Positions 30,335-37,249 of a DNA stretch of 64,000 nucleotides are shown piece after piece; position 1 is the stretch's first letter; every line of letters begins with the position of its first letter. The DNA lies in the NCBI GenBank assembly GCA_964346535.1, contig CAYFUN010000001.1, positions 7,593 through 71,592 on the forward strand, read 5' to 3'. This stretch comes from an uncultured Peptoniphilaceae bacterium (GTDB lineage: Bacteria; Bacillota; Clostridia; Tissierellales; Peptoniphilaceae). The position numbers and the translations under genes are program-made. The notes under the pieces were generated by a model, which searched no databases, had not been told where the DNA came from, and saw only the letters and a program-made list of their open reading frames with translations.

Positions 30335-30484
30335 ATGGAACACATTAAAACATTAACTGGAAAATCTTTAAAAGAAACAGCTTCATATGCAGGCTGTGGC
30401 GAATGCCAAACTTCATGCCAATCAGCATGTAAAACTTCTTGCACAGTTGGTAATCAAAAGTGCGAAAATGAAAAAAACAACTAA
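30335..30484 (+). CDS. scfA: SCIFF six-cysteine peptide (ranthipeptide precursor); not in the supplied ORF track
   Basis: GGAGG SD 5 nt before ATG 30335. Translation MEHIKTLTGKSLKETASYAGCGECQTSCQSACKTSCTVGNQKCENEKNN carries the family hallmark GCGECQTSCQSACKTSCTVGNQxCE. The maturase gene lies directly downstream. Confidence 0.9.
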   Translation: MEHIKTLTGKSLKETASYAGCGECQTSCQSACKTSCTVGNQKCENEKNN

Positions 30485-30487
30485 TTT

Positions 30488-30510
30488 GAAGTGGTTTACC
30501 ACTTCTTTTT
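30488..30510 (+). terminator. Intercistronic hairpin/attenuator between the SCIFF precursor and its maturase
   Basis: GAAGTGG-TTTA-CCACTTC followed by TTTTT, 18 nt upstream of the maturase ATG. Confidence 0.65.
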
Positions 30511-30527
30511 AGTTAAGGGAGAAATTA

Positions 30528-31874
30528 ATGATTCATAAATACTTTTTAAATGACAAATATATAGTTCTAGACGTTGCAAGTGGATCAGTCCATCTGGTTG
30601 ATGAATTAACCTATGACTTACTAGATGACTATCAAACAATGTCCAAGGAAGAATTAATAGATAAATATAAAAATAAATATGAAGAAAAAAATATAGAAAC
30701 AGCCTTGGGAGAAATAAAAAGTTTAGTTGATCAAGAACTTTTATTTACAGAAGATGACAACTCCCTAGCTGATGTAGAATATAACCCTACAAATATTATT
30801 AAAGCCATGTGCCTACACGTTGCGCATGACTGTAATTTAAAATGCAAGTATTGCTTTGCAGCCCAAGGAAACTTTAAAGGGCAAAGGTCACTAATGGACT
30901 TAGAAACAGGTAAAAAAGCCTTGAAGTTCTTATGCGAAAACTCTGGAAATAGAAAAAACTTAGAAGTCGACTTTTTTGGCGGCGAGCCACTAATGAACTT
31001 TGAAGTAGTTAAAGACCTAGTGAAATATGGCAGAGAAATAGAAAAAGACTACAACAAACACTTTAGATTTACTATAACAACAAATGGTATCTTACTTACA
31101 GATGATAAAATTGACTTTATTAACGAAAATATGGACAATGTTGTTTTGAGTTTAGATGGTAGAAAAGAAATAAACGATCCTATTAGGCCAACTTTAAATG
31201 ACAAGGGCAGCTATGACATTATAGTTCCAAAATTTAAAAAACTAATAGAATCTAGAGGAGACAAGGACTATTATATAAGAGGGACCTTTACATCTTTTAA
31301 CAAGGATTTTAGAAAGGACCTTTTAGATTATTATGAAAATGGCTTTAAAAAAGTTTCTATTGAACCAGTAGTTACAGATCCAAATGAGCCTTATGCAATT
31401 ACAGAAGAGGACTTAGATGAAATCCTAAAGGAATACGAAGAATTTTCTAAAGACTATCTTGCAATTAGAAAATACGATAAAGACTTTTTATTCTTCCACT
31501 ATATGATAGACCTAAACCAAGGGCCATGTGTTGTAAAGAGAATGGTTGGCTGTGGAGCAGGTAGTGAATATATTGCAGTAACGCCAGAAGGTGATATTTA
31601 TCCTTGCCACCAATTTGTTGGAGAAAAAGAATTTCTACTTGGCAATCTCGACACAGGAATAGTTAGAGAAGACCTAAGAGATGAATTTAAATGCGCCAAT
31701 GTAATGAACAAGGATGAATGCAACTCTTGCTTTGCCAAATATTATTGTTCAGGTGGATGTCATGCAAATGCATATTTCAACAATGGAGATATTTTGAAAC
31801 CCTATGAAATTGGCTGTGAAATGGAAAGAAAAAGAGTTGAATGTGCTATTTCAATTTTAGCCAATGAAATTTAA
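30528..31874 (+). CDS. scfB: SCIFF radical SAM/SPASM maturase
   Basis: Radical SAM CNLKCKYC cluster motif. C-terminal SPASM cysteines (CGAGSEYIAVTPEGDIYPC; CNSCFAKYYCSGGC = Cx2Cx5Cx3C). Adjacent to the precursor. Confidence 0.9.
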   Translation: MIHKYFLNDKYIVLDVASGSVHLVDELTYDLLDDYQTMSKEELIDKYKNKYEEKNIETALGEIKSLVDQELLFTEDDNSLADVEYNPTNIIKAMCLHVAHDCNLKCKYCFAAQGNFKGQRSLMDLETGKKALKFLCENSGNRKNLEVDFFGGEPLMNFEVVKDLVKYGREIEKDYNKHFRFTITTNGILLTDDKIDFINENMDNVVLSLDGRKEINDPIRPTLNDKGSYDIIVPKFKKLIESRGDKDYYIRGTFTSFNKDFRKDLLDYYENGFKKVSIEPVVTDPNEPYAITEEDLDEILKEYEEFSKDYLAIRKYDKDFLFFHYMIDLNQGPCVVKRMVGCGAGSEYIAVTPEGDIYPCHQFVGEKEFLLGNLDTGIVREDLRDEFKCANVMNKDECNSCFAKYYCSGGCHANAYFNNGDILKPYEIGCEMERKRVECAISILANEI

Positions 31875-31892
31875 AAATAAATTCAAAAAATG

Positions 31893-31921
31893 TTGACATT
31901 TTGCTAATGAAATGCTAACAT
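31893..31921 (+). promoter_or_regulatory. Sigma-A promoter for the rplU operon
   Basis: TTGACA, 17 nt spacer, TAACAT. Confidence 0.6.
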
Positions 31922-31927
31922 TAATTG

Positions 31928-32005
31928 GTATGAGCCGCTCTGACAAGGTTTAAAAACTATTTAGTACCTTCGAAGGCGAGACTGGATAAGAGGAGGTGTC
32001 CGTTA
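31928..32005 (+). promoter_or_regulatory. Candidate L21 ribosomal-protein leader (5' UTR of rplU-prp-rpmA)
   Basis: An untranslated leader of about 78 nt between the promoter and the AGGAGG SD, containing small hairpins (for example CCTTCGAAGG). Its position matches the Bacillota L21 leader, but the structure was not verified. Confidence 0.4.
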
Positions 32006-32314
32006 ATGTATGCAGTAATTGAAACTGGCGGTAAGCAATATAAAGTTGAAAAAGGCGATATATTAAGAGTTGAAAAACTTGATGCTGAAGTTGGCGATAA
32101 GGTAGTTATTGATAAAGTATTTTTAGTTGCTAATGGCGACGACCTAAAAATTGGTGCTCCATATGTAGAAGGATCAAAGGTTGAAGCTGTTGTGAAAAAA
32201 CACGACAAGGCTAAAAAGATTATAGTTTACAAATACAGAGCTAAGAAAAACTATCGTAAAAAACAAGGTCACAGACAACCTTATACTGAAATTGAAATCG
32301 AAAGTATTAACTAA
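32006..32314 (+). CDS. rplU: 50S ribosomal protein L21
   Basis: [18 protein letters not shown] canonical N-terminus. Confidence 0.97.
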   Translation: MYAVIETGGKQYKVEKGDILRVEKLDAEVGDKVVIDKVFLVANGDDLKIGAPYVEGSKVEAVVKKHDKAKKIIVYKYRAKKNYRKKQGHRQPYTEIEIESIN

Positions 32315-32661
32315 TGATAGAAGTAAAGCTAATTAAAGAAAATGAGAAATTTAAATCTGTGCTCGTTACAGGTCATGCAGGCTATGCAGACTCTGGCTAC
32401 GATCTAGTATGTGCTTCTGTAAGTTCACTGGCCATGGGCCTAAGTAATTACTTATTAGAAGTAGAAAAAATATCCATGGACGACTTAAATTTTCATGCCA
32501 TAGAAAATGAAGAATCTTCTTTACTTTCTATAAATATTGAAAATCCATCTATTTTTAATAGACCAGGAGTTCAAAGTGGCTTTAAATTTTTTGAAATTTC
32601 CATTCTTTCTTTAATTCAAGATTACAAGGATTATTTAAAACTAGTTTACCGGGAGGTGTAG
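32314..32661 (+). CDS. prp: Ribosomal-processing cysteine protease Prp (YsxB family)
   Basis: GHAGYA...DLVCASVS motif (catalytic His/Cys). Located between rplU and rpmA. Confidence 0.9.
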   Translation: MIEVKLIKENEKFKSVLVTGHAGYADSGYDLVCASVSSLAMGLSNYLLEVEKISMDDLNFHAIENEESSLLSINIENPSIFNRPGVQSGFKFFEISILSLIQDYKDYLKLVYREV

Positions 32662-32663
32662 TG

Positions 32664-32942
32664 ATGATAAAATTAAATTTACAGTTTTTTGCCTCTAAAA
32701 AAGGTGTTGGTAGCTCTAGAAATGGTAGAGATAGTGAAGCTAAAAGATTAGGCGTTAAAAGATCTGACGGCCAATTTGTTAATGCTGGAAGTATTCTAGT
32801 TAGACAAAGAGGAACTAAAATTCACCCAGGTACAAATGTTGGACGTGGTGGAGACGACACTTTATTTGCCCTAGTTAGCGGAGTTGTTAAATTCGAAAGA
32901 AAAGGCAAGAAACATAAACAAGTAAGCGTATATGATGCTTAA
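32664..32942 (+). CDS. rpmA: 50S ribosomal protein L27 with N-terminal propeptide
   Basis: [24 protein letters not shown]: the Firmicute L27 N-terminal extension followed by the mature ASKKG... sequence. GGAGGTG SD before ATG 32664. Confidence 0.95.
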   Translation: MIKLNLQFFASKKGVGSSRNGRDSEAKRLGVKRSDGQFVNAGSILVRQRGTKIHPGTNVGRGGDDTLFALVSGVVKFERKGKKHKQVSVYDA

Positions 32943-32957
32943 GTAAAAATAACTATT

Positions 32958-32990
32958 AAACCAGGCTTATAGCTTGGTTTTTTTATTTTT
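32958..32990 (+). terminator. Rho-independent terminator after rpmA
   Basis: AAACCAGGC-(5 nt)-GCTTGGTTT stem (one G-U pair) followed by a T-run. Confidence 0.75.
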
Positions 32991-32992
32991 AT

Positions 32993-33021
32993 TTGTTAGC
33001 AATAAATTTTCGTGGTATTAT
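32993..33021 (+). promoter_or_regulatory. Candidate promoter for the obg operon
   Basis: TTGTTA, 17 nt spacer ending in TGg, then TATTAT (extended -10). Confidence 0.55.
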
Positions 33022-33041
33022 AAAAATAAAAAGGTGATTTT

Positions 33042-34313
33042 ATGTTTATAGATGAAGCAAAAATTACAGTCACTGCAGGCAATGGAGGCAATGGAGCTGT
33101 TGCTTGGAGAAGAGAAAAATTTGAACCAGCAGGAGGACCAGCAGGTGGTGATGGAGGCGACGGCGGCTCTATTATTTTACTTGCCTCAGATAATATTCAC
33201 ACTCTAATGGACTTTAGATATAAAAGAGTTTATAAGGGTAACAATGGAGAACAAGGAAGAAATAAAAAACAATTTGGCAAGACTGGAGAAGATATAACTC
33301 TAAAGGTTCCTGTAGGCACCCTAGTAAAAGATCCTGTTAGTGGCAATGTAATTGTAGACTTAAAGGAAAATGGCCAGCAATATACCATTGCCAAAGGTGG
33401 CAAAGGCGGCAAGGGCAATGCAAGATTTAAAACCCCAACTAGGAGGGCACCAAATTTTGCCCAGCCAGGTAGGTCTGGAGAATCCAGAGAAATAGTTTTA
33501 GAATTAAAACTACTAGCTGATGTTGGCCTAATAGGTTTCCCAAATGTAGGAAAATCTTCTTTACTTTCAGTTATTTCTGCTGCCAAACCAAAAATTTCTA
33601 ACTATCACTTCACAACCCTTGAACCAAATCTTGGAGTTGTAAGATTAGAAGAAGAAAAATCTTTTGTAGTGGCAGATGTTCCAGGCCTTATTGAAGGTGC
33701 AGCAGATGGTGTTGGTCTAGGTCATGAATTTTTAAAACACATTGAAAGGACCAATGTATTGATTCATGTTTTAGATATTTCTGGCTCTGAGGCTAGAGAC
33801 CCACTAAATGACTTTGACTTAATAAATGCAGAGCTAGCATCTTACAATAGCAACTTGGAAAAAAAGACTCAAGTTGTCTATGCCAATAAAATGGACCTGC
33901 CAGGAGCAGAAGAAAATTTAAAAAGATTAGAAGAAAAGTTAAAAGATACAGACATAAAAATATTTTCAGGATCAGTAATTAAACATGAAAATTTACAAAG
34001 TATGATTTACTATGTTTGGGATCTAATAAGCAAGGTTGATAGATCTTATAAGACTTATGATGAAGCCTATGTTGAACTAAAAACAACAGATGAAGAAGAA
34101 ATAAATGTAGAAGTAGTAGGAAATAACTATATTGTAAGTGGAGGAGACATTGAAAGGCTAATAGCTTCAATAAACTTCCAAGATAATGAATCAATAAAAT
34201 ATTTCCAAAATATGCTTATAAATAAGGGAATAATAAAGTTACTTGAAGATGCTGGCATATCTGAAGGTGACAATGTATTTATAGGCGACATAGAATTTGA
34301 ATATATACCATAG
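33042..34313 (+). CDS. obg: GTPase Obg/CgtA
   Basis: MFIDEAKI...GNGGNG Obg fold, G1 GFPNVGKSS, G3 DVPGLIEGA, and a C-terminal TGS-like OCT domain. Confidence 0.95.
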   Translation: MFIDEAKITVTAGNGGNGAVAWRREKFEPAGGPAGGDGGDGGSIILLASDNIHTLMDFRYKRVYKGNNGEQGRNKKQFGKTGEDITLKVPVGTLVKDPVSGNVIVDLKENGQQYTIAKGGKGGKGNARFKTPTRRAPNFAQPGRSGESREIVLELKLLADVGLIGFPNVGKSSLLSVISAAKPKISNYHFTTLEPNLGVVRLEEEKSFVVADVPGLIEGAADGVGLGHEFLKHIERTNVLIHVLDISGSEARDPLNDFDLINAELASYNSNLEKKTQVVYANKMDLPGAEENLKRLEEKLKDTDIKIFSGSVIKHENLQSMIYYVWDLISKVDRSYKTYDEAYVELKTTDEEEINVEVVGNNYIVSGGDIERLIASINFQDNESIKYFQNMLINKGIIKLLEDAGISEGDNVFIGDIEFEYIP

Positions 34314-34321
34314 GAGGTAAG

Positions 34322-34609
34322 ATGATTAACAGTAAACAAAGAGCCTATTTAAAAGGCCTAGCAAATAAATTAAATCCTTCTTTACAAATTGGCAAGGAAG
34401 GACTTACTGAAAACATTTTAAAAGAATTAGATATCCAACTAGAACAAAAAGAATTAATAAAAATTAGCGTATTAGAAAACAGCCCTGTCTTAGTTGACGA
34501 AATAGTTGAAGACATTCTATCTGCAACTGAAGCTGAATTTGTTCAAAAAATTGGCAGTAAGTTAGTAATTTATAGAGAATCTAAAGAAAATAAAAAGATT
34601 CAACTGTAA
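34322..34609 (+). CDS. yhbY: Ribosome assembly RNA-binding protein YhbY (CRM domain)
   Basis: KQRAYLKGLANKLNPSLQIGKEGLTENI motif. Confidence 0.9.
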   Translation: MINSKQRAYLKGLANKLNPSLQIGKEGLTENILKELDIQLEQKELIKISVLENSPVLVDEIVEDILSATEAEFVQKIGSKLVIYRESKENKKIQL

Positions 34610-34610
34610 A

Positions 34611-35213
34611 ATGAAAATAGGAATAATTGGAGGGTCATTTGATCCAATACACTTAGGCCACTTGGCTATGGCCGAGTATTTAAGGGAGATAAAAAACTTA
34701 GACAAAATTCTCTTTATCCCAACAGGCAATGCACCTCACAAAACTTATGAAAGCCTAGCAGAGCAAAGATTAGAAATGGTAAAACTTGCAATAGAGGACA
34801 ACGAGTATTTTTCCTTTTGTCAAATAGAGGTTTTGAAAGAGACTACCTCATATACAGCTGAAACCTTAAAAGAACTTAAAGAAAAATGGCCTGAAGCCGA
34901 GTTTAATTTTATAATTGGAACTGATAACTTATTTTCTATTGAAAAGTGGTACAAGATAGAAGAACTTGGAAAATTAACAAAGATTTTAGTTTCTAATAGA
35001 ATTTATAACGAAGGATTATCCATAGAAGAAGTTATGGAAAAATGCAAATTTTTAGAAAATCAATTTAACTTGAAAATTGATATAGTGGACTCACCAGTTT
35101 TTGAAATATCGTCTTCAGATATAAGACGAAGAATAAAAAATCACATGAGTATAAAATATTTATTGCCAAAAAAAGTAGAGGACTATATAAGAGACAATGG
35201 ATTGTATAAGTAA
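34611..35213 (+). CDS. nadD: Nicotinate-nucleotide adenylyltransferase
   Basis: GGSFDPIHLGH motif and a C-terminal ISSSDIR motif. Confidence 0.95.
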   Translation: MKIGIIGGSFDPIHLGHLAMAEYLREIKNLDKILFIPTGNAPHKTYESLAEQRLEMVKLAIEDNEYFSFCQIEVLKETTSYTAETLKELKEKWPEAEFNFIIGTDNLFSIEKWYKIEELGKLTKILVSNRIYNEGLSIEEVMEKCKFLENQFNLKIDIVDSPVFEISSSDIRRRIKNHMSIKYLLPKKVEDYIRDNGLYK

Positions 35214-35772
35214 GGACAAGTTAGAAAAATTAGAAGAACTAATTGGCGAGTACAGATTTAACCACTCTTTAGGAGTTATGGAAACAGCTGAAAAATTTTG
35301 CAAGGACTTTGGAGAAGATCCTGAAAAAGGTAAAATTGCAGGACTTTTTCACGACTGTGGAAAGTTTTTAAATAAAAAGCAAGCCTTTGAATTTATTAAA
35401 GAAAATAACTTAGTTTATCCTGATGAATATTTAGAAAACTTTCAGCTCCTTCATCCTCATTTGGGTGCAGATGTAGCGAGAATAGTTTTTGATATTACAG
35501 ATGAATATATTTTAGATGCAATTAGGTATCACACTACACTTAGAGAAAACCCTAGTCTTCTGGATAAAATTATCTTTATAACTGATGCTATTGAACCAGG
35601 CAGAGACTTTGAAGGCGTAGACCATCTTAGAGAGCTTGCAAATGAAAACATTGATCAAGCAATTTTGTTTTCTCTAGATGACACAATTAAAGCTCTTATA
35701 AGCAAGAAAAAATATTTAGGTTTAGATACAATAAAAGCGAGAAATTATTTTTTAAATTCTGTAGAAAGCTAA
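35197..35772 (+). CDS. yqeK: HD-domain bis(5'-nucleosyl)-tetraphosphatase YqeK
   Basis: HSLGV...GLFHDCGK HD motif and nadD-yqeK-rsfS synteny. Confidence 0.85.
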   Translation: MDCISKDKLEKLEELIGEYRFNHSLGVMETAEKFCKDFGEDPEKGKIAGLFHDCGKFLNKKQAFEFIKENNLVYPDEYLENFQLLHPHLGADVARIVFDITDEYILDAIRYHTTLRENPSLLDKIIFITDAIEPGRDFEGVDHLRELANENIDQAILFSLDDTIKALISKKKYLGLDTIKARNYFLNSVES

Positions 35773-35782
35773 TATTGATTTT

Positions 35783-35811
35783 TTGACTTATTGGCCTAAT
35801 TTTAATATAAT
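35783..35811 (+). promoter_or_regulatory. Internal sigma-A promoter upstream of rsfS
   Basis: TTGACT, 17 nt spacer, TATAAT. Confidence 0.65.
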
Positions 35812-35847
35812 AATAATACGATATTGTCATTTACAAAGGAGGAAAAT

Positions 35848-36207
35848 TTGAAAGATACTTTAGATTATGTAAAAATAATTGAAGATGTTATTGATGACAA
35901 AAAAGGTTACGACACAGTGACTTTAAATGTCAGCGAGCAAACATCCATTGCTGATTATTTTATTATTACATCAGCAGATTCATCACCTCAGGTTTCAGCT
36001 ATTGCAGATGAAGTCGACAAGAGGTTAGATGAAGAAGGACTTAAGCAAATAAACCGCTCTGGTCAACAAAGCGCTAGATGGGTTTTACTAGACTATGGTA
36101 ATATTATTGTTCATATTTTCCATAAGGAAGAAAGACAATATTATGATTTAGAAAGACTATGGGAACAAGTTGAAGAGAATTTTGAAAACAATTTAGGAGA
36201 TGATTAA
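35848..36207 (+). CDS. rsfS: Ribosome silencing factor RsfS
   Basis: [11 protein letters not shown] and [14 protein letters not shown] motifs. I prefer TTG 35848, 5 nt after AGGAGG. The ORF-track TTG at 35824 has no SD. Confidence 0.85.
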   Translation: MKDTLDYVKIIEDVIDDKKGYDTVTLNVSEQTSIADYFIITSADSSPQVSAIADEVDKRLDEEGLKQINRSGQQSARWVLLDYGNIIVHIFHKEERQYYDLERLWEQVEENFENNLGDD

Positions 36208-36208
36208 G

Positions 36209-36583
36209 ATGAAAATTTTACACACAGATAAGGCACCAGCAGCAGTAGGACCATACTGCCAAGCAGTTCAAGTTGGAGATATGATTTTTACATCAGGCCA
36301 ACTTGCTATTGATCCAGCAAATGGAAACTTAATTAATGACGATATTGAAAAAGCAACTAGAAGAAGTCTTGACAATGTTAAGGCTATCTTAGAAGAAGCT
36401 GGCTCAAGTCTTGAAAAAGTTGTTAAAACTACTATATTCTTAGATGACATGAACAACTTTGCAAAGGTTAACGAAGTATACGGAGAATATTTCTCAAACC
36501 ACAAACCAGCAAGATCTTGTGTCCAAGTAGCCAGACTTCCTAAAGATGCTATTGTAGAAATTGAAGTAATAGCTCTAGCTTAA
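36209..36583 (+). CDS. ridA: RidA family (YjgF/TdcF) enamine/imine deaminase
   Basis: [12 protein letters not shown] and [18 protein letters not shown] motifs. ATG 36209 is preferred on SD spacing. Confidence 0.9.
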   Translation: MKILHTDKAPAAVGPYCQAVQVGDMIFTSGQLAIDPANGNLINDDIEKATRRSLDNVKAILEEAGSSLEKVVKTTIFLDDMNNFAKVNEVYGEYFSNHKPARSCVQVARLPKDAIVEIEVIALA

Positions 36584-36590
36584 TATTTAT

Positions 36591-36623
36591 AGAGCAGGCA
36601 AAGGAATTTGCTTGCTCTATTTT
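36591..36623 (+). terminator. Rho-independent terminator after ridA
   Basis: 12-bp stem AGAGCAGGCAAA-GGAA-TTTGCTTGCTCT followed by ATTTT. Confidence 0.8.
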
Positions 36624-36644
36624 AAAATTTACTTGAGGTGACTT

Positions 36645-37238
36645 ATGTTTAAGGATAAGGGAAAGAGCTTAATAATTATTTTATTCTATCTACTTTTATT
36701 TTTAGCCTTTTTTCTTATAAAAAATAAAGACCAAAAAGATAATCAATTAGTTAATCAATTAAGTCTTAGTCAAACTTTAGAAGAAAATCCTAGCGTTGAA
36801 GAAAATTATCAAGCAAACAGTCAAGAAGATGAAGAAATTTATATACATCTTTCCGGAAAGGTAAATTATCCTGGTCTAGTTAAAATGAAAGCTGGCCAGA
36901 GGCTTTTTGATGCCATAGAACTTGCTGGAGGAATGACTGAAGATGCTGATATAGACCAAATAAATCTATCACTTATCTTAAATGACCAAGACAAAATATA
37001 CATTCCTGCTAAGGGAGAAATTGCAAGCTTTATTCAAGGCACAGCATCTTCTTTAGTAAATATTAATACAGCTAGCAAGGAAGAACTTACCAGCCTATCA
37101 GGCATAGGTGATAAAACTGCTGAAAAAATTATAAATTACAGGCAGAAGACACCATTTTCTAAAAAAGAAGATCTAATGAATGTGCCTGGAATAGGAGAAA
37201 ACAAATATAAAGAAATAGAAGACAATATTACTATTTAA
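36645..37238 (+). CDS. comEA: Competence protein ComEA (DNA receptor, SLBB plus HhH domains)
   Basis: N-terminal TM segment, GKVNYPGLV SLBB-like region, and C-terminal INTASKEEL..L.GIG...A..I..YR. Confidence 0.85.
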   Translation: MFKDKGKSLIIILFYLLLFLAFFLIKNKDQKDNQLVNQLSLSQTLEENPSVEENYQANSQEDEEIYIHLSGKVNYPGLVKMKAGQRLFDAIELAGGMTEDADIDQINLSLILNDQDKIYIPAKGEIASFIQGTASSLVNINTASKEELTSLSGIGDKTAEKIINYRQKTPFSKKEDLMNVPGIGENKYKEIEDNITI

Positions 37239-37249
37239 AAGGAGAGACA

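Noticed and set aside
31957-32208. 83-aa minus-strand ORF across the rplU leader and 5' half.
   Set aside because: It is antisense to the universally conserved L21 gene and has low-complexity Ser/Thr-rich content.
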